Shown: piece by piece, positions 1 to 6,115 of the stretch
How the letters are laid out: each line of letters begins with the position of its first letter
Position numbering within the stretch: position 1 is the first letter of the stretch
Source: a virus
UHGV virus genome: UHGV-1747598
Length of the DNA stretch: 10,864 nucleotides
Reading direction: 5' to 3' (one strand)
Translations under genes and position numbers: made by a program
Notes under the pieces: generated by a model
The model's input: the letters and a program-made list of their open reading frames with translations, nothing else
Told to the model about the DNA's origin: nothing
Database searches by the model: none

Positions 1-1274
1 ACACTAACTTTTTTCATACTGATTGGCAGACGCGCCAGCTACTGATAGCAGGCGGTGCGTTGCTGGCAATGACTGCAACGATTGGCTCGTTGTCGCTGGT
101 TATTGGGGTGCTTTACGGAAAGCTGGCCACCCTGCGTCTTGGTTTTGACATTCTTACCCGGTCAATGAATGTCGTCAGGGTGTTGCCTGCGCTGTGGGGA
201 ATGCTGACGGGTTCCGTTTCTTTGCTGGGAGGCGCTATCGGGGCGCTGTTCAGTCCGGTTGGATTGATTGCTGCTGCGTTTGTGGCTGCGGCGGTTCTCA
301 TCTGGAAATACTGGGAACCCATTAAGGCGTTTTATGCCGGGGTGTTCAACGGGATTATGGAAAGGCTGACCCCGTTGCGCGAAACCTTTGAACGGTTTGG
401 TCCTGTTTTTGACGCAATCGGAAGCGGGATCAGCCAGGTGTTTAACTGGTTTAAATCGCTGCTGTCACCGATGGAGTCCAGCAAGGAAACGCTGGATAAA
501 TGTACCAGTGCTGGCGAGATATTCGGTAACGTTCTTGGCGGTGCGTTACAACTTGTTCTGACACCTGCAAAAATGCTACTGGATACGCTGGCGTGGATAC
601 TTGAAAAACTCGGTGTGCTTCCGGATGAAGCGGAAAGGGCGAGAAAGAAAATCGAAGACGCACAGCGTGCGGCCATTCTTCAGGACAAGGTTGCTCTGTT
701 TCAGGGAGACATTGCGAAAATCAATCCGCCGAAGTCTGCGGAAAATGGCAATGGCACCGGAGGCGATAAACCCAAAGACAACAAACCGCTCACAGACAGC
801 AATACCGGCACGCTACGCAGACTCAGCAAAATTGCTGATAACACAGGTAAGCTGGTTGATGAGACAAAAAAACGTATTGGCCCCGGCGATATTGTCTTTA
901 AGAACCTGCCCCGCGCACTTGCTGTTCGTGGGGAGTGGCAGGAGCGGAAGATTGCACAGGTCAGTAAGCCTGCCCCCGCAATGAATATCACCCCCGTGGT
1001 CCCGGCTCCGCTGCCTCCGGCGCTGGTCCCTGTTGTTGCGGCCAGCTCCCGCCCGGTGGCGGAGGCCATACGATCTCCAGTGGCATCAGTTCCTGTAACT
1101 TCCCGTAACCGGGAGCCTGTTGCCTCCGGATTTGGTGGTGAAATTCATGTTCATCTGCATAACGTTGTTACGCAGAATCCCCGCGAACTGGCGAAACTGG
1201 TCGGTGAAATGGTCAGGGCAGAAATGGAACGGCGCGCCCGTGCCGGGCGTGGCAGTTTTTACGATAAAGATTGA
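1..1274 (+). CDS. Tail tape measure protein, C-terminal portion (5' end lies outside the window)
   Basis: The frame is open from the window start (codons in register with nt 3) to the stop at 1272-1274, so the listed start at 60 is not the real start. The product has hydrophobic Gly/Ala-rich segments and a Pro/Ala/Val-rich low-complexity C-terminus. It sits directly upstream of a gpU-like gene (GAGGAG RBS at 1274-1279), the position of gpT in P2-type tail modules. Confidence 0.55.
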   Translation, partial: TNFFHTDWQTRQLLIAGGALLAMTATIGSLSLVIGVLYGKLATLRLGFDILTRSMNVVRVLPALWGMLTGSVSLLGGAIGALFSPVGLIAAAFVAAAVLIWKYWEPIKAFYAGVFNGIMERLTPLRETFERFGPVFDAIGSGISQVFNWFKSLLSPMESSKETLDKCTSAGEIFGNVLGGALQLVLTPAKMLLDTLAWILEKLGVLPDEAERARKKIEDAQRAAILQDKVALFQGDIAKINPPKSAENGNGTGGDKPKDNKPLTDSNTGTLRRLSKIADNTGKLVDETKKRIGPGDIVFKNLPRALAVRGEWQERKIAQVSKPAPAMNITPVVPAPLPPALVPVVAASSRPVAEAIRSPVASVPVTSRNREPVASGFGGEIHVHLHNVVTQNPRELAKLVGEMVRAEMERRARAGRGSFYDKD

Positions 1275-1280
1275 GGAGTC

Positions 1281-1775
1281 ATGGCCATGATGATGATCTA
1301 CGGCATGTTTGTTTTTGAGCTGCGTACGTTGCCGCATCAGCAGTTACAGCAAAACAAAAGCTGGCGGCATGTGAAAAATGAACGCGTTAACCGTTCAGCA
1401 AGCTGGCAGTATATCGGGGCAGGCGATGATCGCATCGTTCTTTCTGGTGTGCTTTATCCTGAAATTACAGGTGGCGAAGTGTCGCTTTCGTTGCTGACCA
1501 CGCAGGCATATACAGGACGCCCCTGGCCTCTGATTGATGGTGTCGGGCAGATTTACGGCATGTATGTCCTGACCGGAACGAATACGACCCGCTCCGAGTT
1601 TGATCGCTACGGTAAGGCGAAAAAGATAGAATTTTCACTGACTCTTGAACGCTGTGATGAGGATTTGCGGGAGCGCCTGCAATCCTCATCGTTCAGTGAT
1701 ATGCTGTCCGGCTTCAAAGATAAGGTCACATCATCCCTTAACAGCGCGGCCAGCTCCGTTAAAGGGCTGTTTTGA
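1281..1775 (+). CDS. Phage tail protein U-like (P2 gpU family)
   Basis: 164-aa ORF with ATG at 1281 preceded by GAGGAG. The N-terminal GMFVFE..TLPHQ motif and the GVLYPE.TGG motif match my recollection of the P2 gpU family. Size and position after the tape measure fit. Confidence 0.7.
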   Translation: MAMMMIYGMFVFELRTLPHQQLQQNKSWRHVKNERVNRSASWQYIGAGDDRIVLSGVLYPEITGGEVSLSLLTTQAYTGRPWPLIDGVGQIYGMYVLTGTNTTRSEFDRYGKAKKIEFSLTLERCDEDLRERLQSSSFSDMLSGFKDKVTSSLNSAASSVKGLF

Positions 1776-1782
1776 TTAACGC

Positions 1783-1812
1783 AAAACCGCTAATGGTCAG
1801 ATTAGCGGTTTT
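1783..1812. terminator. Bidirectional intrinsic terminator hairpin between convergent gpU and invertase genes
   Basis: Perfect inverted repeat AAAACCGCTAAT (1783-1794), loop GGTCAG, ATTAGCGGTTTT (1801-1812), followed by a T-rich tract on + and with the A-run giving a U-run on the - transcript. It lies 8 nt after the gpU stop and overlaps the invertase stop codon (1802-1804). Confidence 0.55.
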
Positions 1813-2401
1813 CATTTTCCTGAGTCTGCCTGGTTGTTTCTTCAGCCTGTATATCGCCTACAGGGTGATAACGATAAATCGTCGATATGCCGATGTCGTA
1901 AATGATCGCCAGTTGTTTCCTGTCATGACCGTTTTTAATCAGCCTCGCTATTTGCTCGTGTTGTTCTTTTGTCAACTTCGGGCGACGTCCGCCAATGCGT
2001 CCTTGTGCGCGTGCTGCTGCCAGCCCGGCCAGTGTACGCTCTACAATTAATTCACGTTCCATTTCGGCTAAAGCCCCCATGACGTGAAAAAAGAAACGCC
2101 CCATGGGTGTTGATGTGTCAATGCTGTCCGTCAGACTACGGAAATTAACACCTTTTTCCCGCAATTCCTCAATAAGCGTGATCAGGTGTTTCATACTTCT
2201 GCCCAGTCTGTCCAGCTTCCAGACAACCAGCGTATCTCCTTCTGATAGCGTTCTGAGCAGTTTTTTCAATCCCGGTCTGGCTGATTTCGTTCCGCTGATT
2301 TTATCTTCAAAAATCAGTTCACATCCTGCGCAGTTCAGTGCATTGCGTTGTAAATCCGTGTTCTGGTCATTTGTTGACACACGAATATAGCCAATTTGCA
2401 T
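1802..2401 (-). CDS. Serine DNA invertase, Hin/Gin/Pin/Cin (Din) family
   Basis: The 199-aa product begins MQIGYIRVSTNDQNTDLQRNAL and contains VVWKLDRLGRS, SLTDSIDTS, GRFFFHVMGALAEMERELIVERT and a C-terminal HTH (GISTIYRY), all hallmark motifs I recall from Hin/Gin. The true start is the ATG at 2401-2399, preceded by AGAGGA; the 264-aa ORF in the track is read-through into the upstream crossover-site region. Confidence 0.9.
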   Translation of the reverse strand: MQIGYIRVSTNDQNTDLQRNALNCAGCELIFEDKISGTKSARPGLKKLLRTLSEGDTLVVWKLDRLGRSMKHLITLIEELREKGVNFRSLTDSIDTSTPMGRFFFHVMGALAEMERELIVERTLAGLAAARAQGRIGGRRPKLTKEQHEQIARLIKNGHDRKQLAIIYDIGISTIYRYHPVGDIQAEETTRQTQENENR

Positions 2402-2455
2402 AAAAAACATCCTCTTTGTTTCGTGAAAAATACATAGTTGGTATAGGTAGGGATA

Positions 2456-2481
2456 AAGACGAAAACGTTGGTTTGGGGGAA
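2456..2481 (+). other. Invertase crossover site 1 (hix/gix-like, 12-2-12)
   Basis: AAGACGAAAACG-TT-GGTTTGGGGGAA. It resembles the gix/hix architecture (..AAACC-NN-GGTTT..) as I recall it. It lies about 55 bp upstream of the invertase start, at the 5' boundary of cassette A. Confidence 0.6.
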
Positions 2482-2901
2482 GGCTCTGCGCTGCCCGTTG
2501 GTGTGCCCGTTCCATGGCCCTCAGCCACGCTGCCAACGGGGTGGCTGAAATGTAACGGCGCAGCATTTTCTTCTGAAATGTACCCCAATCTGGCAAAGGC
2601 CTACCCCGCCAATAAATTACCGGATTTACGGGGCGAATTTATTCGTGGCTGGGATGATGGACGTGGTGTGGACAATGGGAGAGCATTATTAAGCAGCCAA
2701 GAGGCTACAAATTTTTCTCAGCGTGCCGGAAATATAGGCGATGGTGCGGGCCACGCAATTAATTTTCATGATGGCATAGTCGGAAATCAGCCAGGATTTT
2801 CACGATTTAATTTCACCAGTAACTCTGTAGGCGATGGTATAAATTATGTTGCTGTCAGGCCGCGAAATATCGCATTTAATTACATCGTAAGGGCAGCATG
2901 A
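2470..2901 (+). CDS. Silent alternative tail-fiber C-terminal cassette A (no start codon of its own)
   Basis: The translation GSALPVGVPVPWPSATLPTGWLKCNGAAFSSEMYPNLAKAYPANKLPDLRGEFIRGWDDGRGVD...RPRNIAFNYIVRAA is near-identical at both ends to the C-terminus of the H tail fiber, with a different central block. It begins at crossover site 1 and ends with TGA at 2899-2901. Confidence 0.7.
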   Translation, partial: GLGEGSALPVGVPVPWPSATLPTGWLKCNGAAFSSEMYPNLAKAYPANKLPDLRGEFIRGWDDGRGVDNGRALLSSQEATNFSQRAGNIGDGAGHAINFHDGIVGNQPGFSRFNFTSNSVGDGINYVAVRPRNIAFNYIVRAA

Positions 2902-2920
2902 AAACGTTGGTTTGGGGAAA
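2895..2920 (+). other. Invertase crossover site 2 (hix/gix-like)
   Basis: AGCATGAAAACG-TT-GGTTTGGGGAAA. The stop codon of cassette A (TGA) is embedded in its left half-site. Same orientation as site 1. Confidence 0.6.
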
Positions 2921-3388
2921 GGCTCGGCGCTGCCCGTTGGTGTACCTGTTCCGTGGCCCTCAGCTACTCCACCAACGGGCTGGCTGAAATGCAACGGCGC
3001 AGCATTTTCTTCTGAAAAGTATCCCAAACTGGCACAGGCTTACCCCGCGAACAAATTACCGGATTTACGCGGTGAATTTATCCGTGGCTGGGATGATGGG
3101 CGAGGAATTGATGCAGCACGCGCTTTATTGAGCATTCAAACCGGGATGTTGGAAAAACACCGCCATATTGTTGTAGCTAACGATAGATATGACACAAAGG
3201 ATGAATGGGAGTTGGCCACGATTTTCAAAAAAACATATACACAAGGCAGGGGGCTTGATGCCACAAATACAGGAGGGAGTTTGATTCCATCACCAACGCT
3301 TCATTCACGAGGAAGTATTGGTAACACAGGTGGTAGTGAAACCCGCCCCCGCAATATTGCATTTAACTATATCGTGAGGGCGTCTTAG
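2909..3388 (+). CDS. Silent alternative tail-fiber C-terminal cassette B
   Basis: It has the same conserved 5' block (GSALPVGVPVPWPSATPPTGWLKCNGAAFSSEKYPKLAQAYPANKLPDLRGEFIRGWDDGRGID) and the same 3' motif (RPRNIAFNYIVRAS), with a distinct central region. Stop TAG at 3386-3388. Confidence 0.7.
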   Translation, partial: GLGKGSALPVGVPVPWPSATPPTGWLKCNGAAFSSEKYPKLAQAYPANKLPDLRGEFIRGWDDGRGIDAARALLSIQTGMLEKHRHIVVANDRYDTKDEWELATIFKKTYTQGRGLDATNTGGSLIPSPTLHSRGSIGNTGGSETRPRNIAFNYIVRAS

Positions 3389-3394
3389 TTATAT

Positions 3395-4006
3395 TCAACT
3401 GGCTGCTGCCAGTGGTATTTCCGGCCAGTTGATATCTGGTGCCATGTTTATATCCATTGCGTTCAGTGCGTCTATATAATCCAGCACGGCGTTAAGCCGG
3501 GTGGTTTCTGCCTGCGTCAACTTCCGCCCGGCCTGCAACTTCAACTGAATCAGACTTACGGAAGCCATTGCCGCATCAGCCAGTGACTGGCGCTTGGTTT
3601 CTGCCGCTTCTACTGCGGCACCATGTTGTGCCTCAGTATCTGTCACCCATTTTTCACCATCCCATTTATCGTATGGTGTTAACGGGGCGATAGTGGTTGT
3701 ATTTTTCGGGTAGTCACCCAGCGTCGTGATTTCTTCGGTGTTTCCCGTGTCAGTGTTATAGACGGTTTCACCACGATGGTCTGGCGCATACTCCCATGAA
3801 CTTAAATTCTCCGAACGGCGGATAGCATAGCCCGCTTTATGTGCGCCCGGGGCATCTAAACAGGAATTTGCCGGAATACCGACACCCACAGCAAGATATT
3901 CAGTTGATTCGGAAATATATTCCCGTGTTTCACCATCATAGTTATAAACGACGATGTTTCCTGCCTGTACGGCAATAAGGTCATCATTTAATATCGCGTT
4001 ATTCAT
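3395..4006 (-). CDS. Tail fiber assembly protein (Tfa chaperone)
   Basis: The 203-aa product (MNNAILNDDL...VYNYDGETREYIS...YAPDHRGETVYNTDTG...PYDKWDGEKWVTDTEAQH...) looks like the Tfa proteins encoded next to tail fiber genes in lambdoid, Mu and P2-like phages. Its ATG overlaps the stop of cassette C as TAATG. Confidence 0.8.
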   Translation of the reverse strand: MNNAILNDDLIAVQAGNIVVYNYDGETREYISESTEYLAVGVGIPANSCLDAPGAHKAGYAIRRSENLSSWEYAPDHRGETVYNTDTGNTEEITTLGDYPKNTTTIAPLTPYDKWDGEKWVTDTEAQHGAAVEAAETKRQSLADAAMASVSLIQLKLQAGRKLTQAETTRLNAVLDYIDALNAMDINMAPDINWPEIPLAAAS

Positions 4007-4467
4007 TATGCGGTTCTCACAATATAATTGAAGGCAATATTGCGTGGGCGGCTTTCATTCCCATCTGAGGATTCCGTTCTGTATTGACTGGTAAATCTAC
4101 CGTTAATTGCACCTTGCCAGACGGCGTTATCTGTCGACAACAGACTATCCCCTCCTTTGTCATTTGGCACCAGTACCGTGTTATCCCACGCGTCCCATGA
4201 CCGAATATTATGATAATGACTTCCTGTTAACCACCCCTGCATGCTTAAGATGCCCCTTCTGGCATCCACCCCGCGCCCATCATCCCAGCCACGGATAAAT
4301 TCACCGCGTAAATCCGGTAATTTATTGGTGGGGTAGGCTTTTGCCAGTTTGGGGTACATTTCAGAAGAAAATGCTGCACCGTTACATTTCAGCCAGCCCG
4401 TTGGTGGTGTTGCTGAGGGCCACGGAACGGGCACACCAACGGGCAGTGCAGAACCTTCTCCTAAACC
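4006..4467 (-). CDS. Silent alternative tail-fiber C-terminal cassette C, translationally coupled to tfa
   Basis: Translation NVGLGEGSALPVGVPVPWPSATPPTGWLKCNGAAFSSEMYPKLAKAYPTNKLPDLRGEFIRGWDDGRGVD...RPRNIAFNYIVRTA. It follows the stop of the active cassette and crossover site 3, and has no independent start. Confidence 0.7.
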   Translation of the reverse strand, partial: GLGEGSALPVGVPVPWPSATPPTGWLKCNGAAFSSEMYPKLAKAYPTNKLPDLRGEFIRGWDDGRGVDARRGILSMQGWLTGSHYHNIRSWDAWDNTVLVPNDKGGDSLLSTDNAVWQGAINGRFTSQYRTESSDGNESRPRNIAFNYIVRTA

Positions 4468-4481
4468 AACGTTTTCATGCT
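4456..4481 (-). other. Invertase crossover site 3 (hix/gix-like)
   Basis: On the - strand this reads AGCATGAAAACG-TT-GGTTTAGGAGAA. The stop codon of the active H gene (TGA, 4477-4475) is embedded in its left half. It is inverted relative to sites 1 and 2. Confidence 0.6.
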
Positions 4482-6115
4482 GCCCTTACGATGTAATTAA
4501 ATGCAACGTTGCGAGGGCGAGTTTCTGTACCTACATTTCCACTAATTTTACCAAACCGTTTTACATTACGAGAGCTAATGGCTCGTAGTGAGGAAGGCAC
4601 CTTTAAACCGGGTTCGTCTGTTTTAACTATTCCCCCGTCCCCGTATGTAGCCAGTATTCCAGGGTTTACTCCTTCCCGTGTACTTCCCGCGGCAAGTCCA
4701 TCCCCGGTCCATAATTCCATATAGTGTGCATGATCCAAAATTGTGTGTGGCTGCCAATTAAGCAAAGCGCGGCCAGCATCCACCCCGCGCCCATCATCCC
4801 AGCCGCGAATAAATTCTCCCCGTAAATCCGGTAATTTATTGGCGGGGTAGGCCTTTGCCAGATTGGGGTACATTTCAGAAGAAAATGCTGCTCCGTTACA
4901 TTTCAGCCAGCCCGTTGGTGGTGTGGCTGAGGGCCATGGAACAGGCACACCAACGGGCAGTGCAGAGCCTCCCCCCAAACCAAGGTAATCAAGAACTCCC
5001 TGAGTGCTGGTTTTACCAAGAATGGCACGTCCAACACTTGTCAACGCGGTTAACGCGGCACGATCTGCCCCTGTAAAATATGGGAGTTTATCTGCTGATG
5101 TAGCAAGCTCCGCCAGCGCCGTCAGGGTGGCATCCTTCGGTTGCTTACCCGCAAGCGCGTTAGTCATGGTGGTCGCAAAATTCGGGTCATTGCCCAGCGC
5201 CGCAGCCAGTTCGTTCAGCGTGTTCAGTGCATCAGGTGACGAATCTACAAGTGCGGCAATCGCGGCCATAACGAAAGCCGTGCTTGCGATCTGGGTACTA
5301 TTAGCCCCCTGTGGCGCTGTTGGTGTTGTTGGCGTTCCGGTCAGTGCCGGGCTGTTTAATGGTGCTTTCTTGTTCGTTTCATCCATTACCGCCTTAACAG
5401 CTTTTGGTGTCGCTGCCAGCGTTTCAGACGTGCTGTTCGTGGCGCTACTGAGCTGAACAATCCCTTTTTGTGTAGTGGTGGCGTTCCGGGCGGTATATTT
5501 CCCGTTAGCCAGGTCATATGCAGCCTTAACCGCTTTCGGTGTTGCGGCCAGTGTTTCTGATTCACTGTTAATTGCACTGCTTAACTGAGTAAAACCTTTT
5601 ACGGTCAGCGAGGCGTCCGGGTGACGTCGTGATTGTTCGTGCTCTGATATTTTATCATCCACATATTTGCGGGTTGCCAGAACCACAGACGGGTCGATTT
5701 TCAGCGTGATGGCTTCGGTGTTCGTGACAACCAGAATCATGCGGATAGTCTGGGTGCGTCCACTGCCTTCCTGCAACTGCGGTTTGTACGTTTCCGGGCA
5801 GTTTGCCACCGCAATGAGTACACCTTCATCATCATAAAGACCAATCTCACGGATCCAGAATCCTCCCTCGTTTTCAGGGATGATTTGCTCCGCAATAATC
5901 TGGCTCTGATTGTTAGGGTCAACACTCAGAAGATTCAGCGGTGCAATGCGTTTCTGGTTAATCAGTTTTGTTTGTGCAGGGTCTGGTGTTGGTAACACAC
6001 CATTTGCATCACCAACGGCCATTTGCGTCAGATTCAGCTTACTGCCGAGCATCGTCGCGTTAGCCAGTCGTGCCGCGCCCTGATTAGTCAGAATGGCGTA
6101 GTATTTCACTGTCAT
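4475..6115 (-). CDS. Tail fiber protein H (P2 gpH-like constant N-terminal region fused to the currently active C-terminal cassette D, about 4475-4982)
   Basis: The 546-aa product starts MTVKYYAILTNQGAARLANA...MAVGDANG and contains EHEQSRRHPDASLTVKGFTQLSSA and the twice-repeated SETLAATPKAVKA motif, which match my memory of P2 gpH. The C-terminal 166 aa carry the shared cassette blocks. Its ATG overlaps the gpI stop as ATGA. Confidence 0.85.
   Translation of the reverse strand: MTVKYYAILTNQGAARLANATMLGSKLNLTQMAVGDANGVLPTPDPAQTKLINQKRIAPLNLLSVDPNNQSQIIAEQIIPENEGGFWIREIGLYDDEGVLIAVANCPETYKPQLQEGSGRTQTIRMILVVTNTEAITLKIDPSVVLATRKYVDDKISEHEQSRRHPDASLTVKGFTQLSSAINSESETLAATPKAVKAAYDLANGKYTARNATTTQKGIVQLSSATNSTSETLAATPKAVKAVMDETNKKAPLNSPALTGTPTTPTAPQGANSTQIASTAFVMAAIAALVDSSPDALNTLNELAAALGNDPNFATTMTNALAGKQPKDATLTALAELATSADKLPYFTGADRAALTALTSVGRAILGKTSTQGVLDYLGLGGGSALPVGVPVPWPSATPPTGWLKCNGAAFSSEMYPNLAKAYPANKLPDLRGEFIRGWDDGRGVDAGRALLNWQPHTILDHAHYMELWTGDGLAAGSTREGVNPGILATYGDGGIVKTDEPGLKVPSSLRAISSRNVKRFGKISGNVGTETRPRNVAFNYIVRAA
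4970..4995 (-). other. Invertase crossover site 4 (hix/gix-like), inside the tail fiber gene at the constant/variable junction
   Basis: On the - strand this reads TTCTTGATTACC-TT-GGTTTGGGGGGA, encoding ...LDYLGLGG.... The central TT occupies the same codon positions as in cassette sites 1-3. Confidence 0.6.

Larger units (their letters stand above)
2456..4995. other. Invertible multi-cassette tail-fiber host-range segment bounded by crossover sites 1 and 4
   Basis: Four similar 26-bp sites, each followed by about 190 bp of near-identical sequence. Two are on the + strand (from 2470 and 2909) and two on the - strand (ending near 4468 and 4982), flanking different variable cores, with a serine invertase gene immediately adjacent. 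Confidence 0.7.

Noticed and set aside
113-1069. Antisense and alternate-frame ORFs within the tape measure gene (113..322 -, 332..676 -, 451..663 -, 601..984 +, 701..1069 -)
   Set aside because: They overlap the long, contextually supported tape-measure frame, have low-complexity Ser/Ala/Pro/Arg-rich translations typical of shadow ORFs, and lack RBS context.
1086-2390. Small ORFs 1086..1337 -, 1465..1689 -, 1772..2050 + and 2103..2390 +
   Set aside because: They are antisense to or overlapping the gpU and invertase genes, which have strong family support. They are likely spurious.
1802-2401. Invertase as an IS-element transposase or resolvase of a transposon
   Set aside because: No flanking terminal inverted repeats or transposase gene are seen. 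The adjacent hix-like sites sit within tail-fiber coding sequence, which is typical of phage host-range inversion systems.
1775-2401. A missing gpD tail gene hidden between gpU and the invertase
   Set aside because: Only 26 bp separate the gpU stop from the invertase stop, and the whole interval is occupied by the invertase on the opposite strand. gpD must lie elsewhere or be absent.
1802-2596. 264-aa ORF suggesting an invertase with a 65-aa N-terminal extension
   Set aside because: The extension (MPDWGTFQKK...) is the antisense reading of the conserved cassette 5' block and crosses crossover site 1. Hin-family proteins start at the M-x-IGY-RVST motif, and a good RBS precedes the ATG at 2401.
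2416-2901. Cassette A as an independently expressed gene starting at 2416
   Set aside because: The sequence upstream of the conserved block is the invertase promoter and 5' region, and I see no convincing RBS. It is more consistent with a promoterless cassette that becomes expressed only after fusion to H by inversion.
2470-4982. The four repeats as a CRISPR array or a diversity-generating retroelement (template/variable repeats)
   Set aside because: The repeats are about 190 bp of coding sequence in both orientations with no short regular spacers. There is no reverse transcriptase gene, and the repeat copies are conserved while the flanking cores are unrelated, rather than showing adenine-specific substitutions.
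4855-5076. + strand ORF (73 aa, MPDWGTFQKKMLLRY...) nearly identical to the N-terminal extension above
   Set aside because: It is the antisense translation of the cassette D conserved block inside the H gene, an artefact of the inverted repeat rather than a gene. The same applies to 2367..2588, 2800..3027 and 4349..4588 (MGY(I/F)SEENAAPLHFS... family).
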